Source of the DNA: Octopus sinensis
Lineage: Eukaryota
Length of the DNA stretch: 64,000 nucleotides
Direction: 5' to 3'
Assembly: GCF_006345805.1 (NCBI RefSeq)
Contig: NC_043004.1
Location: 94,240,001-94,304,000, forward strand
Shown: positions 35,380 to 47,952 of the stretch, piece after piece
How the letters are laid out: each line of letters starts with the position of its first letter
Position numbering within the stretch: position 1 is the stretch's first letter
Program-made: the position numbers and the translations under genes
Notes under the pieces: model-generated
The model's database searches: none
What the model was told of the DNA's origin: nothing
The model's input: the letters and a program-made list of their open reading frames with translations, nothing else

Positions 35380-37000
35380 CAGTATTCATCTGGTATTTAT
35401 TTTATCGACCTTGACAGGAAGAAAGGCAAAGTCGATCTCAGTTGAATCTGAGTTCAGAACGTAAAGCTGGAAGAAATGCGACAAAGCACTTTCTCCGAAA
35501 CGTAACGATTCTGCCGGCTCTTTGCCTTAAAAAGCAACAACATTGATTTCAAATTTTGGCACAGGACCAGCAACTTCGCGGGAGGGGATAAGTTGAATAG
35601 ATCGACCCCCCAGTGTTCAATTGGTACTTCTCATATCAGTCCCGAAAGGGTGAAAAGTATTGTCGATTTGAACAGCATTTGACTTCAGAACCTAAAGATG
35701 GACGAAATGCTGCAACTGATACTTATTTTATCGACACCAAAAGGATGAAAGGCAAAGTTGACCTCGGCGGAATTTGAACTCAGAACGTAAAATCGTACGA
35801 AATGCCGCTATGCGCTTTGCCCCGCGTGCTACCGATTTTGCCTGCTCACCGCCCTAAACAGTAACAATACTTATTTCTTTATTGCCCACAAGGGGGTTAA
35901 ACGTAGAGGGGACAAACAAGGATAGACACACGGATTAAGTCGATTGCATCGACCCCAGTGCGTAACTGGTACCTGTTTAGTCGACCCCGAAAGGATGAAA
36001 GGTCAAAGTCGACATCGGCGGAAAAACATTCTTTTCTACTCTAGGCACAGGGCCTGAAACTTGGGGGAAAGGTCCTAGTCGATTAGATCGACCCCAGTAC
36101 GCAACTGGTACTTAATTTTTCCACCACGAAAGGATGAAAGGCAAAGTCGACCTCGGTGGAGAAGTATTCTTTTTTACTCAAGGCTCAATGCCCGAACTTT
36201 GATGGAGAGGGTTCCAGTCGATTAGATCGAGCCCTGTACGCAACCGTTACTTAATTTGTCGACCCCGAAATGATGAAAGGCAAAATCGACCTCGCCGAAA
36301 TTTGAACTCAGAACATAAAGACAGTCGAAATACCTATTTCTTTACTACCCACAAGGGGCTAAACACAGAGAGGACAAACAAGGATAGATAAACGGATTAA
36401 GTCGATTATATCGACCCCAGTGCGTAACTGGTACTTATTTAATCGACCGCGAAAGGATGAAAGGCAAAGTCGACCTCGGCGGAATTTCAACTCAGAACGT
36501 AACGGCAGACGAAATACCGCTGAGCATTTCGTTCGGCGCGCTATTGTTTCTGCCAGCTCGCCGCCTTTTAAACAGTAATGAAATTAACAACGAAGGCACC
36601 GATCTGGCAGAATTGTTAGCATGCCGGGCGAAATACTTAGCAGTATTTCGCCCGGCATGCTAACAATTCTGAGTTCAAATTTCGCCGAGATCGACTTTGC
36701 CTTTCATCCTTTCGGAGTCGACAATTTAAGTACCGGTTCTGTATTGGGCCGATCTAATCGACTTAATCCGTTTTTCTGTCCTTGTTTGTCCTCTCTGTGT
36801 TTAGCCCCTTGTGGGTAGTAAAGAAATAGGTATTTCGTATGCCGCTACGTTCTGAGTTCAAATTCCGCCGAGGTCGACTTTGCCTTTCATCCTTTCGGAG
36901 TCGACAAATTAAGTACCGGTTGTGTATTGGGGCCGATCTAATCGACTGACCCCCTCCCCAAAAATTTCGGGCCTTGTGCCTAGAGTAGAAAAGAATTGTT
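35380..37000. mobile_element. Cluster of ~9 SINE B units: minus-strand tandem run (35380-36570), then plus-strand units (36590-37000)
   Basis: Repeated core TCGACCCCGAAAGGATGAAAGGCAAAGTCGACCTCGGCGGA with two alternating tail types. Confidence 0.85.
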
Positions 37001-37149
37001 AGCACACCGGATAAAATAATTAGCGGCTTTTCTTCGGATTCTTTGCGTTCTGTGTTTGCTTTCTATAAAATGAGTACCACTTGAGCACTGGGATCGATTT
37101 ACCCCTCCTTTCAAAGTTGCTGACCTTAATGCCAAAAGTAGAAGGAATA

Positions 37150-37535
37150 TTGGTAAGAAATTTGCTTCCTAACCACATGGTTCCGGGTTCAGTACCGCTT
37201 CCGGGTACTTTGGGTAAATGTCTTCTACTATAGCTACGTGCTGATCCAAATCCTTGTGAGTGGATTCAGTGGATGGAAACTATAAAGAAGCCCTCTATAC
37301 ATATCTGCACATATCTATGTCCGTTTCTTTGCGTATGTGTTTGCTCTCTTCACCGCTTAACAACCGGCGCTGGATTGTTTACATCCCCGTAATCTAGCGG
37401 ATCGGTAAAAGAGACAGATAGAATAAGTACCAGACTTTAATAATAAGTATTGGGGTCGATTTGTTCGACTAAACCTGCAAGGGGGTGAGGGTGCCCATCA
37501 TGGCCATAGTCCAATGACTGAAACTATAAAAGTAC
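37150..37535 (+). mobile_element. SINE family A (diverged)
   Basis: GGTAAGAAATTTGCTTCCTAACCACATGGTTCCGGGTTCAG head, core and tail. Confidence 0.75.
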
Positions 37536-37547
37536 AAAAGAAGAACA

Positions 37548-37875
37548 GCAGCAGTGAAGACCCAATGGTTAGGGCAGTGGACTCGCGGTTGGATGATCGC
37601 GGTTTCGATTCCCAGACCGGCCGTTGTGTGTGTTTATTGAGCGAAGACACCTAAAGCTCCACGAGGCTCCGGCAGAGGGAGGGGGGCGACCTCTGTAGTA
37701 CTCTTTCGCTCCAACTTTCACTCTTTCTTCCTGTTTCTTATCCCCGACTTCCTATGCAACCGCTGAGCCTGGATGCGCATTCATCCATCCGTCGATGCTC
37801 TCAGTGTCGGGGGTTGACCTGCTTTCTCTTCTGCAGGTCTTACGAATAGTAAAGCACCACGTTTCGGACTTCTCC
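37548..37875 (+). mobile_element. SINE family C, alternative tail 3
   Basis: Family C head/body, then a different tail (CAACCGCTGAGCCTGGATGCGC...GGTCTTACGAATAG). Confidence 0.7.
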
Positions 37876-38737
37876 CACTACGGACGAAGACCGTTCAACA
37901 GCAACAGCAGCAGCAGCAGTAATAACAGAGGACAACAACAAACAACAGTAACAGTATAAAACAATAACAACAATAATCTCATCAATGATGATAAGAACTG
38001 CCTTAATACAAACAGCAATAACAAGAGATTCCTACAAAGTTGCATAACCTGCTAGAAAGAGCAGCCAAATCTCATCAGTTTCTAACCGACCGTCTTATAA
38101 AAAGACACATCACTCAAGTCAATGTAGACGTACATGTGCTGAAAAAAAGATGAGATGGACATGGCTGGAAAGTCTTTGATTACAGAGTTGCGAAATTCGG
38201 GTTGACTTGGGGGCTAATCAACAACCATATTAACAACAACGACAATAACAACAACAACAACAACAACAATAGCTATAAGCAGCAACGGAAGTAGATCTGA
38301 TGAAGTGGCCTCTGAGTGATCGTTCGATATACTAAAAATAGCAGTCAAATCAACCTTGAATCAAACCCTGCTAAGAAAAGCAACTAAACATTACATTATA
38401 TAGTCTGAGTTACAATATGCGTAAAGATAAGTAGGGGTGGTTACGGTTAAGTTCCTTTTGATCATAGGGTCAGTCTGGGCATGAAAAACAATAACAATAG
38501 CGACATAATCATAGGGAAGAAGAAGAAGCAAACCAGCAAATACAACAATAGCAGAGCAACACTAATGGCAATTACTAAGCCACAACAGAAGAAATAACAT
38601 TTGCAACATCAACGACATCAGTTGCAGCTACAACAACAACGAACAACAGTGTACATATAAATATAATGATTTTAAATGTTAAATGTTGCTAGTCAGATGA
38701 CTTCTTTTTTTTTTTTTTTTTTTTGTTTGGTCGACAA

Positions 38738-39420
38738 TAGGTGCAGGAGTGGCTGTGTGGTAAGTAGCTTGTTTACCAACCATATGGTTCCGAGTTCAGT
38801 CCCACTGCGTGGCATCTTGGGCATGTGCCTTTTACTATAGCCTCGGGCCGACCAAAGCCTTGTGAGTGGATTTGGTAGACGGAAACTGAAAGAAGCCCGT
38901 TGTATATATATATATAGGCGAGCTGGCAGAAACGTTAGCAAAGGCGGCGAGCTGGCAGAAACGTTAGCACGCCGGGCGAAATGCGTAGCCGTATTTCGTC
39001 TGCCGTTACGTTCTGAGTTCAAATTCCGCCGAGGTTGACTTTGCCTTTCATCCTTTCGGGGTCGATAAATTAAGTACCAGTTACGCACTGGGGTCGATGT
39101 AATCGACTTAATCCGTTTGTCTGTCCTCGTTTGTCCTCTCTGTGTTTAGCCCCCTGTGGGCAGTAAAGAAATATATATGTGTGTGTGTGTGTGTGTGTGT
39201 ATTTTTGTATGTCTGTGTTTTTCCCCCCCAACATCGCTAGACAACCGATGCTGGTGTGTTTACGTCCCCGTAACTTAGCGGTTCGGCAAAAGAGACCGAT
39301 AGAATAAGTACTGGGCTTACAAAGAATAAGTCCTGGGGTCGATTTGATTCGACTAAAGGCGGTGCTCCAGCATGGCCGCAGTAAAATGACTGAAACAAGT
39401 AAAAGAGAGTAAAAGAGAGA
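38738..39420 (+). mobile_element. SINE A with a SINE B (38916-39172) nested in its central TA tract
   Basis: A head 38738-38915, B unit with a duplicated first ~25 nt, A tail 39175-39420. Confidence 0.88.
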
Positions 39421-40294
39421 GAGTAATAGTTGTTTGTCATTGCTACTTCACACTCCAACGAAGCAGATGGAAGAAGGAAGTGTGAATATGTGTTGAACAA
39501 ATTTTAAATAATAAAGTTATAGTATAAGAATTAATTTTTTTTTTAATGCGGAAACTTTTTAATAGTATAGAATTAGAATCTTTACATTTGCCAAAAGTAG
39601 CTGCTACTATAATCACTGCCATTGAAATACCTACAAATGCCCTGATCAACCATCCTCGTCCTTTATAACTGAAAGCGCAATGATTGTTTCTGACATTATA
39701 AAACTTCCAGAAGGAATATTATATATGATTCTGTTTATTTTGGCACTAAATCTAGTAATTCCTTTTACAAAAGTGCAGTCGTTATGTGCTAGAATCTGCA
39801 ACAGCACAAAAATATTAACGTAGCCCAAAATTGCTGAGTTGACGATCTGAAAGAATATCTACAAAGTTGGGAAACAGCTGGTTCTAATAACAATGGTTTC
39901 AGCTCTTATAAAGATGGAATTTGGCCAAAAGAACTACTCTTACATGATAGATTAACGAGTGAAATCTCCTTTCCAACGAAAAGCATTCACAATAATGTTT
40001 TCTGTGCCTTCTCTGTTCTACAGAACAAATATTAGAAATAGTTGGATAATAGTTAAAATGTGCTGTGAATAAAAATAGGGTGGGGGGAATACGATGATGG
40101 AAGTTTTCCTTCCTGAAGACATTACCACATAATGCATTTCTAGTACCAGTGCTAATGTCAGGATTTAGTATACACGGTCAGATTACAGAGGAGATTCGGA
40201 AGTTTACAGAGAAATACTGATATTGACAGAAGATGGCAGAGAGAGCTGAAGTAAGTCCAGACAGCTTTAGAATGTCTCTCTCTCTTTTCTCTCC

Positions 40295-40700
40295 CTTTTA
40301 CTCTCTTTTACTTGTTTCAGGCATTTGACTGTGGCCATGCTGGAGCACCGCCTTTAGTCGAGCAAATCGACCCCAGGACTTATTCTTTGTAAGCCTAGTA
40401 CTTATTCTATCGGTCTCTTTTGCTGAACCGCTAAGTTACGGGGACGTAAACATACCAGCATCGGTTGTCAAGCGATGTTGGGGGGACAAAGACACACAAA
40501 CATATACACACACATGCATATATATATATATATACATGTATACGATGGGCTTCTTTCAGTTTCCGTCTATCAAATCCACTCACAAGGCTTTGGTCGACCC
40601 GAGGCTACAGTAGAAGACACTTTCCCAAGGTGCCACGCAGTGGGACTGAACCCGGAACCATGTGGTTGGTAAGCAAGCTACTTACCACACTCCTACGCCT
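40295..40700 (-). mobile_element. SINE family A, full length
   Basis: Near-consensus match. Confidence 0.9.
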
Positions 40701-40859
40701 AGTATAGTAACACTTCAGAAGTAGCTTTTAATCGACAGCAGCAAGACCCATGTTCTCATCTGTAGGAAAATCTCAGGTTTTAGGGTAGTCACGGGCTTAT
40801 AGGATCGTTGTAACTAATCTAGTTTCAAGGCCTATAAGCACCCGAAAATACAATACTCC

Positions 40860-41050
40860 TCTCTGAATGTTTATCCGTCGCAGGGTTGCACACAACTTGT
40901 TGCTGGTTCCTATTTTCTGCTGAATATACTGGAACAGCGCGAAATGAAGTGATTTGTTCAAGAACACAACTCGTCGCTCGGTCTGGGAATCGAAGCCATG
41001 CATGTACGATCGTGAGTTCAGTATCCCTAGTCAAAGGGCCACACACCTCC
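40860..41050 (-). mobile_element. CORE-like SINE (diverged)
   Basis: Reverse complement has a tRNA-like head and TTGTGTTCTTGAACAAATCACTTCATTTC..CCAGTATATTCAGCAG, related to 47953-48290. Confidence 0.6.
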
Positions 41051-41304
41051 CCAGCTGAAAAGATATATTAGATAAATATATAAGAAATTTCTTATGCTAA
41101 ATATATTCGTGCATTTCAACACAAGGAATATTAATGGGACATTCTCGTCAAAATTTCCCCTAAATAAAAACATTACAGGCCTGGACGATTCAAATATTCC
41201 TTAAGTTACACTCTATTACCTTGAAAAGGAGAGAAAGGATACCACAAAAAATATCATAATGGTCACATCTGAAATGCTATTTATCGGTTTGCTTTATCAC
41301 CGTT

Positions 41305-41567
41305 CAGGGGATGGTGGTGATCCCTGCTGTACTCTTTCACCACAACTTTCTCTCACTCTTTCTTCCTGTTTCTGTTGTACCTGTATTTCAAAGGGCCGGC
41401 CTTGTCACTCTCTGTGTCACGCTGAATATCCCCGAGAACTACGTTAAGGGTACACGTGTCTGTGGAGTGCTCAGCCACTTACACGTTAATTTCACGAGCA
41501 GGCTGTTCCGTTGATCGGATCAACCGGAACCCTCGTCGTCGGAACCGACGGAGTGCTTCCCCATCTA
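41305..41567 (+). mobile_element. SINE family C, 5'-truncated, 11-bp TSD
   Basis: TTATCACCGTT at 41294-41304 and 41568-41578. Confidence 0.92.
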
Positions 41568-41959
41568 TTATCACCGTTAACCTGGGGTTAAATAATAACG
41601 ATAGCAACTGGTTTCATATAACTGTTTAGGACAAAATGAAAACTATATACCCTGATGAAGATCAAATGCTCAGCAGATCTTCAGATTTTGTTTCAAACCA
41701 GTCAAAAATGAGAGAACATTTATGGACAACTTCGAAATCTGAAACTTCTCTACACAGATTATAAATTCATATTTTTTTCCAGGTTCATTGGTGCGCTTAA
41801 TTATGATATACTAAATGTTTAAATAATAATGTTACAAATTTAAGATTGTCAAACACCGAAATCGTCCAACACGAACTCAGACATTTCAATTTGTCAGTGG
41901 AACAGTGTACAATTTCTTCTTTAAATTGAACATATAATTTTACAACTATTTTTTCATTC

Positions 41960-42340
41960 TTTTATTCCTTTATTTGTTTCAGCCATTTGACTGTGGTCAT
42001 ACTGAAACATCACCTTAAAGGGTTGTTTTAGTCGAAGAAATCGACCCCAGGACTTTAAACCTAGTCTATTGGTCTCTTTTGCCGAACCGCTAGGCTACTG
42101 AGAGGTAAACACCAAATTTGGTTGTCAAGCGATGGTAAGGGACCAAAGACATACAGACACACATACTCATATATATTATACGACTGGCTTCTCTCAGTTT
42201 CCGTCCACCAAATCCACTCACAAGGTTTGGTCGGCCCAAGGCTATAGTAGAAGACCCTTGCCCAAAGTGTCACGCAGTGGACTGGACCCGGAACCATGTG
42301 GTTGGAAAGCAAGCTTCTTACCACACAGCCACGCCTGCAC
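41960..42340 (-). mobile_element. SINE family A (diverged)
   Basis: Tail-core-head alignment. Truncates the adjacent pogo element. Confidence 0.8.
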
Positions 42341-43341
42341 CTGAACATATACCACTATGCCCTTCGGAAACTTCTCTTCCGGGAAGGTCTTTCTTCTGAA
42401 AACAACAGCCGGGGTAAGTTTCGTACCGTCAGTCATAGAAGCCAAAATTGTGATGAAGTGGGCCTGTCGATTCCCGTAGTTTTTACTGAAATTGTGTCCG
42501 AGTTCCAACCATCTAAAAAAAAAAGGAGCATCTCGTCCATATTACTGATTGGTTCCAAGGCAAACTCGTGGCTCTTTCGTAGGTCTATTACATACCAATG
42601 GAAGGAATCAACTTTGCTCTCTACGTCGGCGGGTGATTTCCGTGCAATATGAGTCCTCTGTCTCAGTGTACGATTGTACCGTTTCAGAAACCTCATACTC
42701 CAACCAAGGGATGCTTTAAAGTCGGATACACCATGTTCTTTGGTGACTTGCAGAACCCGCTATCTAATGATGATTCTCTTGACGACAAGTTCCTTCGTGC
42801 GTACTTCAGTCACCCAGTCTCTCAAATTAGTCTCCAACTCCTCATTGGGACTCATTCCTATCCTAAATTTCTTTAACGATTTGATATCAACGAATTTCAT
42901 TTCTCCTCTTTCAAACGTCAATCTCTGACCATTTTTTCTGAGACCCTTATATTATCTTTCTGCAGCTCAATTCGAATATGACTTTGCGTAATGAAGTGAT
43001 ATCATACAAGTGATATCATACAAATTCCTCTTTCTCTTCATGCTAACAAATAACATGGCGTCGAATTAAAGACAGATAGGTACGGTACAAAAGCAAACAA
43101 GCATTAAACTCACTTTTTTTAATTTTTATTTCGTACTAACAAGAATAAAGAAATATCTAGAGATCGGCTTCGAAATTAGCGATTCGGGTTTTTTCGATTA
43201 TTCCAAGTGTTAGAACTTGAGACGTGGCTTGTACCTACAAAATATCTCAAGATTTTTTTTATAGAATGCGCTTATTAGTTGCACCCCTAACATTAGGTGA
43301 AAATTTCGGAGAAAAAAGTGCGACTTATAGCCGAGTATGTA
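42341..43341 (-). mobile_element. pogo-family DNA transposon, 5' part (CENP-B HTH and start of DDE_1), degenerate
   Basis: RFLKRYNRTLRQRTHIARKSPADVESKVDSFH..ISNMDEM; AHFITILASMTDGTKLTPAVVFRRKT..KFPKGIVV. TIR-like TACTCGGCTATAAGTCGCAC at ~43320-43340. Confidence 0.85.
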
Positions 43342-43917
43342 TTTGATACATAGAATTTTTTTCTTGTAAGTAGACGGATGTTTTGCCAGCTGGACAATGC
43401 TTAACTCGAAACCCGGTATGGATATTATTATACAGGTGCAACAAAAACAAAAAAATATCCCAGATACATCATTCTTGATAAAAGTTTCAACAGCAAGTTA
43501 CGGAGTGCTCCATTCCAAAACAAGATGGTACTTGCAAAAACAAAATAAAGAAGAACGCCAAACGTTAGCTACATGAATATACAGTTATCGTCTACCTAGC
43601 ACGAGCATAGACCAAGGGCCTGCCGCATGAATAAAAGGATCAATTTCTGTGGCACCCCGTAAAGAACTTCAGATGGAATACTTCTGTGGTGTTAATAATG
43701 ATAATCACTGTTAATTGACACATATGAAAAGGAAACGACCTGCAAGCGATTTCATTGACTGGGATTAGCGAATTAATGTTTGATCTACATATTAATCAAA
43801 AGTTGATTTGAAGAATCAGTTTAAAATGTTCAGTTTTAAATATAGAGGAGAAAATTAATGTCAGGTTGAACCGGAAGGTCAATATTAAACAATAAAACAA
43901 TATATTGATTACATAAG

Positions 43918-43931
43918 TAGATAGATTGGTA

Positions 43932-43998
<67 letters not shown>

Positions 43999-44143
43999 CA
44001 GAGAGACAGAGAGAGAGAGAGAGACACTTAACAAGCACATTATCTAGCTAATTAGATAAAGCTTTCCCTTTCTCTTTCTTTTACCACCTTCTCTTTCTTT
44101 CTCTTTCTCTATTTCTCTCGATATATATGTATGTGAATGTGTG

Positions 44144-44211
<68 letters not shown>

Positions 44212-44318
44212 GAGATAGATAGAGGGTAAGAGAAGACAGCTATTTTCCAAGAACCCCAATTAGCCAACAAGATAATTAGTTAGCAATTAACGTGCCGTCT
44301 AATTAATTAGCGAGTTAA

Positions 44319-44379
<61 letters not shown>

Positions 44380-44380
44380 A
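43918..44380. repeat. Three (GATA)n arrays with GA-rich spacers
   Basis: About 43918-44000, 44145-44222 and 44318-44378. Confidence 0.9.
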
Positions 44381-45162
44381 TGAATGAATGAATTCAGAGG
44401 AAAAGAGAGGGAAAGTAGAAGAGAGGCAAAGACGACAAAGAGAGAGAGAGGGAGGCGATGAAAAATGATGTATATCGAAGACGGAAGAGAAAGATAGATG
44501 GATAGAGAGAGAGAGAGAGAGAGAGAGATATGAACAGAGATACAGAGGTGCAAAGAAAGAGAGACAGAGGGGAACAGAGACGTAGACGGAGTTGCAGAGA
44601 GAAAGTGAGAGAGAGAGAGAGAGATTAATCTAAGCTGAGCTGAGGTTAACTTAACATATTTTAGTTGCTTTGATATGAAAGTAGCACAACAGTACCAGCA
44701 CCTTTTGAATATCAGCCATATGTAATGAGAAATAAAACAGCTGTCAGACATATTGGTGGGGCGTCGCCATTTTTAGAAGGACGGGCGAATGATAAGGGGG
44801 TTTCTTTCATTTCTTTTTCTTTTTATTTATCTATTTATTTTGTCTTCTAAAAATAGAATAACAACTTTTCACTGAGATTTTTAACATGTTTTGTGGTTTA
44901 GTCTAAGTTTGGTCTTTGCTTCTCCTCTAAGTGTTCTGATGCTGTTGGTGTTCCTATGGTTGTTGTTATTTATAATTGTTATTGTTTCTTCTTGTTGTTG
45001 TTGTTATTGCTTTTGCTCGAGTAGAACTATGATCAAAAGCATTCCAACGGTGACCATCCTATCTTTCCTTTTTTTTCCTTTACACACACATATACTTGTG
45101 TGTGTGCATGCGTGTGTGAGTGTGTGGTGTTATTAAGTTCTGGCCGAAACTTATCTTAGTAG

Positions 45163-45204
<42 letters not shown>

Positions 45205-45261
45205 TGTGTGTGTGTGTGTGTGTGTTGTGTATACATATACATATACATATATGTGCCCCCC

Positions 45262-45672
45262 TCTCTCTCTCTCTCTTTCTCTCTTCGTCTTCTTTTTCTC
45301 TCTCCTCCTAGATATAAAGAAAATATTTCTCCAGCGTTCGCTATTTTACCCCACTTCCGGTCTAACGACCCTCCGTGTTTGTTTTAGTTCGGTTTCCTTG
45401 TATGTCTCCACTGTCCTGCTCTTGTTCCCAACTTTGACCCTCCATAAATCTCAAATTTTATTTTGCTACTTATGGGGGCAACTGCCTTCAAAGACTCATA
45501 TTGTCGTTCAATACTCGAAATAAGGAGTAGTTAGACAGCCGACAACTGATGGAGGGTCTTTCTTTGTGTTACTTTTCCTGTCTTCCATTTGTTTCTCTCG
45601 CTGTTTTGCGTATTGAACTCGTTTGTTTTCGTATTTCATGTTGTTTACTGTTGGTGACGTCCTGTACCCATA
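45262..45672 (+). mobile_element. Penelope-like non-coding terminal segment (same family as 2105-3143)
   Basis: Shared sequence blocks, degenerate hammerhead arm TATTG..CAATA-CTC-GAAA, ends in TA/TG repeats. Confidence 0.45.
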
Positions 45673-45682
45673 TATGCATATG

Positions 45683-45754
<72 letters not shown>

Positions 45755-46352
45755 GGGGTAAATGATTGGGTGTTTGGGTTTGTAATGTATTTAGAACTAC
45801 AGTATGCAATGTGTACTTCGTTTGTTTGTTTTTCTAATAACGCAAAAAGATTTTGCTTCTATTTCTAGCAGGTTGAACAGCCACATGATGAGACTTTTAG
45901 CTGCTGTTTCTAGCAATTTGAATGACCACATAACGGTTCCATGTCGGCTCATACTGTTTCAGGTCTTACTGAAAGTATGCCATTTCAACGACACGGCAAT
46001 TGAGGCATCTTTTTCTTTTTCTTTTTCTTTCTATCTTTCTTTCTTTCTTTTATACTAATAAGTCTTTCTACTAGCCTGAAATTGTGGGGGAGAGTGCTAG
46101 GTGAGTATCCTAGTACTCGACTGGCACTTTATCGACCCCCGTTGACTTCTGGCAAGCTGACTTCTGCAGGATTTCAACTCAAAACGTAAAAAACGGACAA
46201 ACTGCTTCGTGGCGTTTTGTCCGGTGTTCTAGTGATTCAACCAGCTCGTCACCTTACCGTTATGCTAATAATGGTTTCAAATTTTGACAGCAAATTCGGG
46301 AGAGGAGATAAGTAGATTACATTGGTTCCAGTGAGCAGCTGGTAATCTGTTA

Positions 46353-46424
46353 GCCGTGATCGTCTAGTGGTTAGGACCCCACGTTGTGGCCGTGGTAACC
46401 CAGGTTCGAAACCTGGTCACGGCA
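46353..46424 (+). tRNA. trnH: tRNA-His (GTG)
   Basis: GCCGTGATCGTCTAGTGGTTAGGACCCCACGTTGTGGCCGTGGTAACCCAGGTTCGAAACCTGGTCACGGCA. Perfect acceptor (GCCGTGA/TCACGGC), anticodon (CCACG/CGTGG, loop TTGTGGC) and T stems (CCAGG/CCTGG). No encoded CCA; T5 run ~20 nt downstream. T-loop has A at position 60. Confidence 0.92.
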
Positions 46425-46450
46425 GCTCCGTTTCTCTTATTTCTTTTTAA

Positions 46451-46672
46451 GGCGGCGAGCTGGCAGAAACGTTAGCACGCCGGGCGAAATGCGTAGCCGT
46501 AGTTCGTCTGTTGTTACGTTGTGAGTTCAAATTCCGCCGAAGTCAACTTAGCCTTTCATCCTTTCGGGGTCGATAAATTAAGTACCAGTTACGCACTGGG
46601 GTCGATGTAATCGACTTGATACCTATGTCTGTCCTTGTTTGTCCCCTCTATGTTGTGGGTAATAAAGAAATA
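46451..46672 (+). mobile_element. SINE family B, full length
   Basis: Near-consensus head, core and tail 1. Confidence 0.9.
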
Positions 46673-47107
46673 GGTACTCATTTTATCGCTGTCGGCGAAT
46701 TTTAACTCAGAACATAAAAACGGATAAAATGCTTCGCAGCGTTTTGTTTAGGGTACAAACGAATCTGCCAGCTCACCGTCTTACCGTTATGCTAATGATG
46801 GTTTCAAATTTTGACACAAAGCCAGCAATTTCGCGGGAGGCGATAAGCCGATTACGTCAACCCCAGTACGCAACAGGTACTTATTTTATCGACTCAATCA
46901 TTATGCAAATAATAAATATTAATGATACCCACCTCAAATTTAGCTGGCAATGTAGTTTCCGACTTCATCACGTAAGACTTTCTCAAAGCCAATTTTACCG
47001 GTCGGTTGATCGCCGAAGCCTTTTCGAATGGATGCCGCGCTCACTTTGAGATTGCTTTATGTAGGGCGACACCAAAAGCAATAGTTATGTCAAAAGATCA
47101 ATAGATC

Positions 47108-47527
47108 TCTCTTTTACTCTTTTACTCTTTTACTTGTTTCAGTCATTTGACTGCGGCCATGCTGGAGCACCACCTTTAGTCGAGCAAATCGACCCTGGGA
47201 CTTATTCTTTGTAAGCCCAGTACGTATTCTATCAGTCTCTTTTTGCCGAACCGCAAAGTGACAGGGATGTAAACACACCAGCATCGGTTGTCAAGCAATG
47301 CTAGGGGGACAAACACACACACACAAACACTCACACATATACACACACATATATATATATACATATATACGACAGGCTTCTTTCAGTTTCCGTCTACCAA
47401 ATCCACTCACAAGGCATTGGTCGGCCCGGAGCTATAGCAGAAGACACTTGCCCAAGATTCCACGCAGTGGGACTGAACCCGGAACCATGTGGTTGGTTAG
47501 CAAGCTACTTACCACACAGCCACTCAG
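47108..47527 (-). mobile_element. SINE family A, full length
   Basis: Near-consensus match. A further A tail fragment fused to a C head lies at 47625-47858. Confidence 0.9.
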
Positions 47528-47952
47528 GCAAAAATCAGAGAGATTGTTGTGCAAACATTCCCCTCGGCATACTTGCTGATGTGGAAGTTTACCAATGAAG
47601 TAATTCTTAGTTATACATTTACTCTTTTACTCTTTTACTTGTTTCAGTCATTTGACTGCGGCCATGCTAGAGCACCGCCTTTAGTCGAGCAAATCGACCC
47701 CAGGACTTATTCTTTGCAAGCCCAGTACTTACGCCGGAGCCTCGTGGAGCATAGGTGTTTTTGCTCAATAAACACTCACAATGCCCGGTCTGGGAATCGA
47801 AACCGCGTTCTTACGACCGCGAAGCCGCTGCTCTAACCACTGGGTCATTGCGCCTCCACACCAGTTGTTGCTGTCGTCGTAATTGTTGTTGTCGTCGTCA
47901 TCGGTGCTGCTGCTGCAGTTTGTTATTTAGCTTTGATTTATTGAAATTATGT

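Noticed and set aside
35380-37000. CRISPR-like repeat-spacer pattern
   Set aside because: The repeats are SINE cores with recurring tails, not unique spacers; eukaryotic context with no cas genes.
39443-39828. Minus-strand hydrophobic ORFs as an ionotropic receptor pseudogene
   Set aside because: Only vague similarity, upstream stops, and a more protein-like frame on the opposite strand.
41650-41690. CTGATGA followed by hairpin AGATC..GATCT
   Set aside because: No GAAA after the stem, so not a hammerhead.
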